Of a stretch of 32,878 bases of DNA, positions 8,325 through 16,567 are shown piece by piece. The notes below the pieces were generated by a model. The model was not told where the DNA came from and made no database searches. It worked only from the letters and a program-made list of their open reading frames with translations. Location: the NCBI GenBank assembly GCA_041175585.1, contig JBEDEU010000001.1:1-32878 (forward strand). Reading direction: 5' to 3'. A program made the position numbers and the translations under genes. Each line of letters opens with the position of its first letter. Position 1 is the stretch's first letter. The stretch is from Pseudomonadota bacterium (GTDB lineage: Bacteria > Pseudomonadota > Gammaproteobacteria > Burkholderiales > Burkholderiaceae_B).

Positions 8325-9848
8325 ATGACAGACCAGGCTAAAACAAAGATCGAATGTAACGCTTGCCCAGTGTTATGCCAGATCAGTCCGGGAAAAACCG
8401 GTGCATGTGACCGCTACGCGAATGCCTCGGGAACTCTCATTCGTGTGGATCCTGTCGTGTTTCTTAACCGCAGCCTAGAAAAGAGCGAAACATCCGCTCT
8501 GGTTGCGTTCGCTGGACCGAAAAAACTAGCCTCAGAGGGTGAACCCGATCCTTGGGATCACAACCTGCTGCACGCCAATCAAGTTTTTGTCTCTGGCGTG
8601 GGCTCGTCCACCACCTACCCTGATTACAAGCCCGCACCGTTTATTGTTGGCTCGCAGGTCGATGGCGTCGACATGGTGACTGTGGTGACCGAGGGCATCT
8701 TTAGCTATTGCAGTCTAAAGGTCAAAATCGACACCGATCGCTACCTAGGTCCTGAGCAGGCGAATGTCCTGTGCCGGGGCGAAGTCGTGGGTCATGTGAC
8801 AACTGCCGAGTACGGCTCGCAAATGCTTTCACTGGGTGGCGTGCACCACCTAACCGGTGGTAGCAAAAAGGAAGGTCGCATCACAATGGAGATGATGCTG
8901 GCCCTCGGAAACAAGCAGTCGGTTGAACTCGACATTGAAGGTGGCTCAAATCTCATCGTACAGGCAGGTCGTGCACCGATCGTCAATGGTGTTGAAGAGC
9001 GTCGTATGCGCGTTGGTTGTGGCTCAGCTGCAATCGGAATTTTCGCGCAACAGTTTTCGGAACTCGCCGATGAGGTCGTCGTTGTGGACGACCACATCAC
9101 TGGCGTGCTAACAGAGCACCAGGCTGGTAAGTGCCTGGGGATGCGCGCCTCTGGCATTGTGATCGGCGGACGACGCTCAACACCGGGGCGCTATTTTCAG
9201 GTTGCAAACCCTGGCACGGGCTGGGGTGGCACCGATATTGCCGACCCCTTAAGCATCATTGAGAGTTGGGACACTGAGATCGCCTGGCCGGGCCTAAGGC
9301 TACTGATGACATCAACGACGGGCGAGCATGCATCCTGGTATGTGCTGGATGAGCAGTTACGCCCGATTGAACAAGCGATGCCCGCAGCCGTTCAAACTGT
9401 GATCGACCGTATTGGTGAAAACTGCGAGCCGTCTCTCGCTTCAGTTTTGTTCCTGGGTGGCGCTGGAGGTAGTTTGCGCGCTGGAGTAACAAACAACCCA
9501 ATTTTGCTGACACGTGCGATCAAGCAGGCGCTGGTCAATGTCACGTGCGGTGGAGCGCCCGCCTACGTATGGCCAGGCGGGGGTATCACTGTCATGGTGG
9601 ACGTGCTCCGTATGCCAGACAACAGCTTTGGCACAGTTCCGACACCAGCTATCGTTGCACCCATTGAGTTCAGCATGCGTGCAGACGATTTCAAGCGTCT
9701 GGGTGGCCATGTCGACTACGTGCGAGGACTAGATCAGGTTCTGCGAGAAGGTGCTTGGCACGATGACGGGGCTCCTCAAAGTAGATTGTGGGTAGCCCCC
9801 CACGCAGACACGCAATGGCCGTTAGGTATGCCACCAATGTTGGGTTAA
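8325..9848 (+). CDS. hnr: 6-hydroxynicotinate reductase
   Basis: N-terminal Cys cluster CNACPVLC...GACDRY, then TTYPDYKPAP, VTVVTEGIFSYC, MRVGCGSA, DDHITG, GTGWGGTDI and VWPGGGIT. Clustered with enamidase and a Mo-hydroxylase. Confidence 0.85.
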   Translation: MTDQAKTKIECNACPVLCQISPGKTGACDRYANASGTLIRVDPVVFLNRSLEKSETSALVAFAGPKKLASEGEPDPWDHNLLHANQVFVSGVGSSTTYPDYKPAPFIVGSQVDGVDMVTVVTEGIFSYCSLKVKIDTDRYLGPEQANVLCRGEVVGHVTTAEYGSQMLSLGGVHHLTGGSKKEGRITMEMMLALGNKQSVELDIEGGSNLIVQAGRAPIVNGVEERRMRVGCGSAAIGIFAQQFSELADEVVVVDDHITGVLTEHQAGKCLGMRASGIVIGGRRSTPGRYFQVANPGTGWGGTDIADPLSIIESWDTEIAWPGLRLLMTSTTGEHASWYVLDEQLRPIEQAMPAAVQTVIDRIGENCEPSLASVLFLGGAGGSLRAGVTNNPILLTRAIKQALVNVTCGGAPAYVWPGGGITVMVDVLRMPDNSFGTVPTPAIVAPIEFSMRADDFKRLGGHVDYVRGLDQVLREGAWHDDGAPQSRLWVAPHADTQWPLGMPPMLG

Positions 9849-9854
9849 GCGAAG

Positions 9855-10739
9855 ATGTCACGCGCGACTTCCCTCATTATGGATGATGGACGGCGACACT
9901 TTCAGCACGGCCCAATCGATATCGTGGCCCATGCCGAAGGTGATTGCGAGGCAGTGACTGCCGCGCATCACGCGGCATCCGAACGCTTCGCAACGATCCT
10001 ATCGGAGTTGGTCGGCGAATTGCCGGTACTTCGCCAACCCGTAAACACACTATCAGCCTGTCCGCTGACTGGTCCGATTGCGCAAGCGATGTGGCACGCC
10101 TGCCAACGCTGTGCGAGCGACTTCATTACACCGATGGCCGCCGTCGCAGGTTCTGTTGCGCAAGCACTGATCGGATTTTATGCCCAGCCAGGCGTGACGC
10201 GTGCCTGGGTAAATAATGGCGGCGATATCGCGCTGCACTTAACCCCAGGAACAAAAGTCGACATCGGCTTGTTTGCCGATATTGCAAAACTTGATGCGCA
10301 CGCGCTGCGAGAAGGAATCACGCTCGACGGAACGCTCAGTATTGATTTCACAATGCCGGTTCGAGGCGTTGCAACCAGTGGTTGGCGCGGGCGCAGCCTG
10401 TCTTTGGGTATTGCCGACAGCGTGACCGTCCTGGCAGAAACGGCAGCTTTGGCCGATGCAGCTGCAACGGTCATCGCGAATGCCGTCAACACAGACCACC
10501 CGGCAGTTGAGAGACAACCCGCCAGCACGGTAAAAGACAACTCCGATCTCGGTCACAGACTAGTGACGGTACATGTGCCAGCTTTAGACCCAGACACCGT
10601 TCGCCAGGCCTTACAGCAGGGTTTACAGCAGGCTCTACAAATGAAGCAAAGCGGTTTAATCTCTGCTTGCATATTGACTTGCCAAGGCTGGGTCGTTACG
10701 ACAGACTCACCTGCGCTTGTACGCAACCATATTCACTAA
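9855..10739 (+). CDS. UPF0280 / ApbE-like protein (putative flavin transferase)
   Basis: QHGPID, ITPMAAVAGSVA, VNNGGDIA, GVATSG...SLSLGIADSVTV and ADAAATVIAN. Confidence 0.85.
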   Translation: MSRATSLIMDDGRRHFQHGPIDIVAHAEGDCEAVTAAHHAASERFATILSELVGELPVLRQPVNTLSACPLTGPIAQAMWHACQRCASDFITPMAAVAGSVAQALIGFYAQPGVTRAWVNNGGDIALHLTPGTKVDIGLFADIAKLDAHALREGITLDGTLSIDFTMPVRGVATSGWRGRSLSLGIADSVTVLAETAALADAAATVIANAVNTDHPAVERQPASTVKDNSDLGHRLVTVHVPALDPDTVRQALQQGLQQALQMKQSGLISACILTCQGWVVTTDSPALVRNHIH

Positions 10740-10766
10740 CGCAGCACACAGAAATCAGGAGCCCGC

Positions 10767-11351
10767 ATGGCAGCAAAGATTCGCAAGCTCATCGTTCAGG
10801 TTGATGAGACCCATCTTGAAATGGGTCAGCTCATCTCGCCCCCAACCCGCAGAGCACTTGCCATCGCCGTCATTGAGAACCCTTACGCGGGCGCCTACAG
10901 CCAAAACCTTGACGCTTTGATTGAGATCGGCGAAGAATTAGGTGCTCTTCTGGGCAATAAATGTGTTGAGGCACTTGGCATCACCCCCGAGGAAGCAGAG
11001 AGCTACGGCAAAGCAGCGATTGTCGGCGAGGCCGGAGAGCTCGAGCACGCTGCTGCAATTCTGCATCCAAAATTAGGCGCGCCGCTGCGGCAAGCTGTGC
11101 ACCACGGTGCGGCACTCGTGCCCTCCAGTAAAAAGCGTGGAGGCCCAGGTTGTGCGATTGATGTACCTCTGGGACACAAAGACGCGGCCTTCGTGCGCAG
11201 TCACTTTGATGCGATTGAAGCGCGCGTGACAGACGCTCCAGGCGCCAAGGAAATTGTAGTGGCAGTAGCAGTAACAGATAGCGGTCGCCCTTTACCCCGC
11301 ATCGGTGGTCTGCAAGCAAATGAAATCGAGGGTAAAGATGGCTTACGTTAA
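10767..11351 (+). CDS. Amino-acid-synthesis family protein (AA_synth/DUF1185), function unknown
   Basis: IRK, AVIENPYAG, ESYGKAAIVGEAGELEHAAA, IDVPLGHKDAAFVRSHFD and GRPLPRIGG. AGGAG RBS. Confidence 0.85.
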   Translation: MAAKIRKLIVQVDETHLEMGQLISPPTRRALAIAVIENPYAGAYSQNLDALIEIGEELGALLGNKCVEALGITPEEAESYGKAAIVGEAGELEHAAAILHPKLGAPLRQAVHHGAALVPSSKKRGGPGCAIDVPLGHKDAAFVRSHFDAIEARVTDAPGAKEIVVAVAVTDSGRPLPRIGGLQANEIEGKDGLR

Positions 11352-11382
11352 CAAGAGTACTTTTAATTTTTTGGAGAATTCC

Positions 11383-12597
11383 ATGCGTCGCATATTTACC
11401 AAACGTATCACGGCATCCATTGTCTTAGGTGCCTCACTGCTGGGCGCGTGCGTGACAGCCTCAGCCCAAGACGTCATCAAGATCGGCGAAATCAATAGCT
11501 ACAAGGCTCAGCCAGCTTTTTTGGAGCCCTACAAGAAAGGTATGGAACTCGCGATTGACCAAATCAACGCTGCCGGTGGCTTGAACGGTAAGAAAGTACA
11601 GCTGATTACGCGCGATGACAACGCAAACCCAGGTGATGCTGTACGTGTCGCCGAAGAGCTCATCTCGCGCGACAAGGTCGATGTTCTAACTGGATCATTT
11701 CTTTCCCATATCGGTTTGGCACTGACCGATTTTGCAAAGCAGAAAAAAGTGTTTTTTCTGGCTAGCGAACCGTTAACAGACAAAATCGTTTGGCAAAACG
11801 GTAACCGCTACACTTTCCGCCTGCGCCCTTCCACCCATATGCAGGTAGCTATGCTGGTACCAGAAGCCAGCGCCATGAAAAAGAAACGCTGGGCAATCGT
11901 TTACCCAAACTATGAATACGGTCAATCTGCCGCAGCGACCTTCAAAACACTGATGAAGGCTGCTCAACCAGATATCGAATTTGTCGCTGAGCAAGCCACA
12001 CCTTTGGGTAAAGTCGATGCCGGTAGCGTGGTGCAAGCTCTGGCAGACGCAAAACCTGATGCTATTTTTAACGTGCTGTTCGGCGCAGACCTTTCGCGCT
12101 TTGTGCGTGAAGGTAATACCCGCGGGTTGTTTAAAGGTCGAGAAGTTGTCAGCTTGCTGACTGGTGAGCCTGAGTATTTAGACCCACTCAAAGACGAAAG
12201 CCCAACCGGCTGGTTGGTCACAGGCTACCCTTGGTATGCGATCAAGACACCGGAGCATGACGCCTTCAAGAACGCCTACGAGGCGAAGTACAAAGACTAC
12301 CCACGACTAGGGTCAGTTGTTGGCTATAGCGCCATCATGTCTCTTGCAGCGGGTATTAAAAAGGCTCAGAGCACAGACACCGAGAAGCTGATCACTGCAT
12401 TCCGTGGTCTGACGCTCATGTCGCCTTTTGGCAGCGTCACGTACCGTCCTGAGGATCACCAGTCAACAATGGGTGGCTATGTCGGTCGCACTAAGGTTGA
12501 GAACGGCAAAGGTGTGATGGGAACGTTCCGCTATATCGATGGCGCAACTGTTCTACCATCGGCAGAAGAGGTCAAAAAACTTCGTCCTGCTGATTAA
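11383..12597 (+). CDS. Liv/HAAT-type ABC transporter periplasmic binding protein (probable nicotinate uptake)
   Basis: Signal peptide ending ASA-QDVIKIG, with INAAGGLNG, RDD and YTFRLRPS. Start reassigned to ATG 11383 (GGAG RBS). Substrate is inferred from context. Confidence 0.88.
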   Translation: MRRIFTKRITASIVLGASLLGACVTASAQDVIKIGEINSYKAQPAFLEPYKKGMELAIDQINAAGGLNGKKVQLITRDDNANPGDAVRVAEELISRDKVDVLTGSFLSHIGLALTDFAKQKKVFFLASEPLTDKIVWQNGNRYTFRLRPSTHMQVAMLVPEASAMKKKRWAIVYPNYEYGQSAAATFKTLMKAAQPDIEFVAEQATPLGKVDAGSVVQALADAKPDAIFNVLFGADLSRFVREGNTRGLFKGREVVSLLTGEPEYLDPLKDESPTGWLVTGYPWYAIKTPEHDAFKNAYEAKYKDYPRLGSVVGYSAIMSLAAGIKKAQSTDTEKLITAFRGLTLMSPFGSVTYRPEDHQSTMGGYVGRTKVENGKGVMGTFRYIDGATVLPSAEEVKKLRPAD

Positions 12598-12631
12598 TAC
12601 TTTTACAAACTAACGAGGGAGCCCTGCCTGC

Positions 12632-14530
12632 ATGGACCTTTCAAGCTTGATTGTTCAACTGCTCAATGGTCTAGCAGGCGCGTCATCACTTTTTCTAGTG
12701 GCGGCGGGGCTTTCCTTGATTTTCGGGGTGACCCGGATTGTGAACTTTGCCCACGGCTCGTTTTTCATGGTGGGCATCTACGTCGCGTACACGCTCGTTG
12801 AGAAACTTTCGTCGAGCATTGGTTTTTGGCCAGCCCTTTTGCTGGCACCACTGGTCGTCGGTTTGTTGGGCGCAGCGATTGAAGTCACGCTACTGCGGCG
12901 CATCTATCGTGCCCCCGAACTCTTTCAACTTCTTGCAACCTTCGCCCTGGTACTTGTCATTAAAGACGCTGTACTTTGGATTTGGGGTCCAGAAGAACTA
13001 CTTGGACCGCGCGCCCCAGGGCTGAAAGGCTCTGTTGAAATTCTGAGTCGTAACTTCCCCTCTTACGATTTATTTTTGATTGTTGTCGGACCTATCCTGC
13101 TTGGCTTGTTATGGTTACTGCTGACACGCACGCGCTGGGGCACTCTTGTTCGCGCAGCAACGCAAGACCGGGAAATGGTCGCAGCCCTCGGCGTTAACCA
13201 GGCCTGGCTCTTCACCGCAGTCTTCGCACTCGGTGCCCTCCTAGCGGGTCTGGGCGGAGCACTGCAGCTTCCGCGCGAACCGGCAAGTCTCGAGATGGAT
13301 CTGCACACGATTGGTGCTGCATTTGTAGTGGTTGTGGTGGGTGGCATGGGATCCATACCCGGTGCCTACGTTGCAGCGCTCCTCATCGCGGAGCTCAAGG
13401 CGATTTGTATCTGGCTTGGATTAGTCGAGATCGCTGGCATACAAATATCATTCTCTAAACTCACACTGGTTGTTGAGTTTCTCGTGATGGCGATCGTCCT
13501 GGTCTTTAGACCTTGGGGCCTGTTGGGTCGAGCGCAACCCGCTTCGCGAAACGCTGCTGAAATCGAGATGCCTTTACGTCCAGCCTCAAACGCCTACAAG
13601 CTAGGTGGCGCCTTGGTGGTACTAGTTTTAATTGCCATGCCTTGGCTCACAGCTCAATCTCCTTACGTCACGGTCTTGCTGATCGATCTCCTGATCGCGG
13701 TCCTGTTCGCAGCAAGCTTGCATTTCATCATGGGCCCCGGAGGGTTGCACTCCTTTGGTCACGCCGCCTATTTTGGCTTGGGTGCCTATGGTGCGGCACT
13801 CATCATCCGTCATCTCGGCCTGCCCATGGAGCTCAGCCTGATGTTAGCGCCCGCGGTCGCTGCGCTTGGCGCATTTCTGTACGGCTGGTTTTGTGTTCGG
13901 CTATCAGGCGTGTACCTCGCGATGTTGACTCTCGCTTTTGCGCAAATTACTTGGGCAATCGTCTATCAGTGGGATGCGTTCACAGGCGGCAGTAACGGGC
14001 TAACAGGCGTGTGGCCTGCGCAGTGGTTACAAGACAAGAAGAATTACTACTTTGTAACGCTTGGGTTGGTGGTGGTTGCTATCTACATCATGCGCAGGCT
14101 GTTGTACTCCCCTTTTGGCTATGCCTTGCGAGCCGGCCGGGACTCCCCTCTTCGCGCCGATGCAATTGGTATCGACGTAAAAAAAATACAATGGGTTGCG
14201 TTTATTGTGGCCGGAACGTTTGCAGGCCTAGCAGGCGCCTTGTTTGCGTTCTCTAAGGGAAGTATTTCACCGGAAAGCTTGCACGTGAGTCGTTCCATTG
14301 ATGGCCTAGTTATGGTGCTCTTGGGTGGCATTCAAACCCTTGCTGGCCCAATAGTCGGGGCGTTTACCTTTACATGGCTACACGACACCGTTGCACGCAA
14401 CACAGAATATTGGCGTGCCATGCTAGGTGCGATTATTCTTTTACTCGTTTTACTCTTTCCCCAAGGCATTGCTGGCTTTGCCGCGCAAATTACTGAGCGC
14501 ATTAAAGCAGCACGCAAGGAGGCCGCATGA
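12632..14530 (+). CDS. Fused LivH-LivM ABC permease
   Basis: LivH half: GLSLIFGVTRIVNFAHG, VRAATQDREMVAALGVN, VVVGGMGSIPG. LivM half: SFGHAAYFGLGAY, GVYLAMLTLAF, TGGSNG, VLLGG, FPQGI. Confidence 0.9.
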   Translation: MDLSSLIVQLLNGLAGASSLFLVAAGLSLIFGVTRIVNFAHGSFFMVGIYVAYTLVEKLSSSIGFWPALLLAPLVVGLLGAAIEVTLLRRIYRAPELFQLLATFALVLVIKDAVLWIWGPEELLGPRAPGLKGSVEILSRNFPSYDLFLIVVGPILLGLLWLLLTRTRWGTLVRAATQDREMVAALGVNQAWLFTAVFALGALLAGLGGALQLPREPASLEMDLHTIGAAFVVVVVGGMGSIPGAYVAALLIAELKAICIWLGLVEIAGIQISFSKLTLVVEFLVMAIVLVFRPWGLLGRAQPASRNAAEIEMPLRPASNAYKLGGALVVLVLIAMPWLTAQSPYVTVLLIDLLIAVLFAASLHFIMGPGGLHSFGHAAYFGLGAYGAALIIRHLGLPMELSLMLAPAVAALGAFLYGWFCVRLSGVYLAMLTLAFAQITWAIVYQWDAFTGGSNGLTGVWPAQWLQDKKNYYFVTLGLVVVAIYIMRRLLYSPFGYALRAGRDSPLRADAIGIDVKKIQWVAFIVAGTFAGLAGALFAFSKGSISPESLHVSRSIDGLVMVLLGGIQTLAGPIVGAFTFTWLHDTVARNTEYWRAMLGAIILLLVLLFPQGIAGFAAQITERIKAARKEAA

Positions 14531-15312
14531 CTCTGCTGACAGTGCGCGGACTTGGAAAGTCGTTCGGCGGCGTTAAAGCTGTCGATGGAATTGATTTTGA
14601 TCTCAAGGCAGGTGAGCTGCTCGCCCTGATCGGACCCAACGGTGCAGGCAAATCGACGACCTTCAACATGGTGAACGGTCAACTCAAAGCCGACCGAGGC
14701 TCAATCAAAATGGATGGCACAGAGCTCATCGGCCTCGCACCACGCGCGATTTGGCGTTTAGGCGTGGGCAGATGCTTTCAGATCGCCGAAACCTTTTCAT
14801 CGCTCACTGTCATTGAAAACGTTCAGATGGCCTTGTTATCGCACGACAATCAGCTGTTTTCATTTTTTAAATCTGCCTCTGCACATGCGCGAGACAAAGC
14901 ACTAGAACTCCTAAGCCAAGTAGGTATGCAGGAACAAGCTGACCGCCCCTGCAGCGAACTTGCTTATAGCGATGTCAAGCGTGTCGAACTTGCGATTGCT
15001 CTCGCCAACGACCCCAAGCTCTTATTGATGGATGAGCCGACCGCTGGTATGGCACCCAAAGAAAGAAACGACATGATGGCGATGACCAAGCGCCTGGTAA
15101 TTGAGCGCGGAATTGCTGTACTCTTTACCGAGCACAGTATGGATGTTGTCTTCGCCTACGCTGATCGCATCAGCGTGCTGGCACGCGGGCGACTCATCGC
15201 ACACGGCACCCCTGACTCCATACGGGACAACCGCAACGTCCAAGAAGTCTATTTTGGGGGTGGTAGCACCTTTGAGCTCAAGCCAGCAAAACTAGCGGGG
15301 GTTGCGCCATGA
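14527..15312 (+). CDS. ABC ATPase, LivG-like
   Basis: GPNGAGKST and LLLMDEPTAG, EHSM H-loop. ATGA overlap with the permease. Confidence 0.92.
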   Translation: MTLLTVRGLGKSFGGVKAVDGIDFDLKAGELLALIGPNGAGKSTTFNMVNGQLKADRGSIKMDGTELIGLAPRAIWRLGVGRCFQIAETFSSLTVIENVQMALLSHDNQLFSFFKSASAHARDKALELLSQVGMQEQADRPCSELAYSDVKRVELAIALANDPKLLLMDEPTAGMAPKERNDMMAMTKRLVIERGIAVLFTEHSMDVVFAYADRISVLARGRLIAHGTPDSIRDNRNVQEVYFGGGSTFELKPAKLAGVAP

Positions 15313-16040
15313 GTCAGCAGACTCTCCTCACAGTTTCTGGACTGCAGGCTTGGTATGGTGCTGCAAAAATTCTTTATGACGTGGACTTTAGTGTTGCACG
15401 CGGTGAAGTCGTTGCACTCATGGGGCGCAACGGCGCCGGCAAGTCCACCACAATGAAATCCATTATGGGACTGATGGATAAGCGGCGTGGGCAACTACAT
15501 TTCATGGATCAAGATATCTCGCAGCGCGCGACGCACGAGATCGCTGCGATGGGTTTAGGCTTCGTACCAGAAGATCGGCGTATTTTTACAGACCTCACCG
15601 TTCTCGAGAATCTTGAGGTTGGGCGCCAAGCAGCCCGTCATTGGCCGAGCGGCGACCCCGCGCCGCACTGGACACCGGAAAAACTATTTAAACTTTTTCC
15701 CAATCTTGGCGAGATGCCAACTCGCCCTGGCGGACGAATGAGTGGTGGTGAACAACAAATGTTGACCGTCGCGCGCTCCTTAATGGGAAACCCATACCTG
15801 ATTCTTCTCGACGAACCGTCTGAGGGAATCGCTCCCGTCATTGTCGAGCAAATGGCGCAGATGATTTTGGCTCTTAAACAACAAGGGGTCAGTATTTTGT
15901 TATCTGAACAGAATCTACACTTTGCTAACCTTGTGTGCGACCGCGCGTATGTTCTAGAAAAAGGGCAAATCCGTTTTTCAGGCACGATGCGCGAACTCGA
16001 CGAAAACGAAGCCGTACGACGTGCTTATCTGAGCCTGTAG
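15309..16040 (+). CDS. ABC ATPase, LivF-like
   Basis: GRNGAGKST, VPEDRRIF, MSGGEQQML, LLDEPSEG and SEQN. Confidence 0.92.
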   Translation: MSQQTLLTVSGLQAWYGAAKILYDVDFSVARGEVVALMGRNGAGKSTTMKSIMGLMDKRRGQLHFMDQDISQRATHEIAAMGLGFVPEDRRIFTDLTVLENLEVGRQAARHWPSGDPAPHWTPEKLFKLFPNLGEMPTRPGGRMSGGEQQMLTVARSLMGNPYLILLDEPSEGIAPVIVEQMAQMILALKQQGVSILLSEQNLHFANLVCDRAYVLEKGQIRFSGTMRELDENEAVRRAYLSL

Positions 16041-16045
16041 CACCC

Positions 16046-16567
16046 ATGACTGTACAGCACAGCAACGCTAAACCTCTGGCACTGACAGTTAATGGTCAGG
16101 CACTTGAGACCCGCCTCGATCCAGATACACCTCTTCTCAATTTTTTACGGAACGACCTTGGGCTCAATGGACCCAAATACGGTTGCGGCCTTGGCCAATG
16201 CGGCGCCTGTACGGTCCTCGTTGATGGGCAAGCCGCGCGCTCCTGTGTCATCCCCATTGAGGGCATTCAAGGCCGGGCCATCACGACCTTAGAGGGGCTG
16301 GGATCACTTGCAGAGCCTCACCTCATTCAACAGGCATTCATCGCCGAGCAGGCTGCACAATGCGGATACTGCCTTAACGGCATGATTATGATGACAGCGT
16401 CCTTGCTCGCCCGGAACCCGTCACCCACCGAACAAGAGATCCGGTCTGAGTTATCCGCCAATTTTTGTCGGTGCGGCACGCATATCGAGATCATGCGCGC
16501 CGTGCAGCGTGCAGCACAAATGATGCAAGATGCTAAACACTCTCGGGTAACGCGCAATGGCACTTAG
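16046..16567 (+). CDS. nicA: 2x[2Fe-2S] small subunit of nicotinate dehydrogenase/hydroxylase
   Basis: KYGCGLGQCGACTV...SC and AQCGYC...NFCRCGT. Start reassigned to ATG 16046. The nicA assignment rests on context. Confidence 0.82.
   Translation: MTVQHSNAKPLALTVNGQALETRLDPDTPLLNFLRNDLGLNGPKYGCGLGQCGACTVLVDGQAARSCVIPIEGIQGRAITTLEGLGSLAEPHLIQQAFIAEQAAQCGYCLNGMIMMTASLLARNPSPTEQEIRSELSANFCRCGTHIEIMRAVQRAAQMMQDAKHSRVTRNGT

Noticed and set aside
10604-10640. 12-bp imperfect tandem repeat (QALQQGLQQALQ)
   Set aside because: It is explained by a helical protein sequence and is too short to be a functional repeat.
15935-16045. N-terminal extensions in the ORF track (also 11305, 21725, 24896 and 30020)
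   Set aside because: They overlap upstream genes. Internal ATGs with an RBS or translational coupling fit better.
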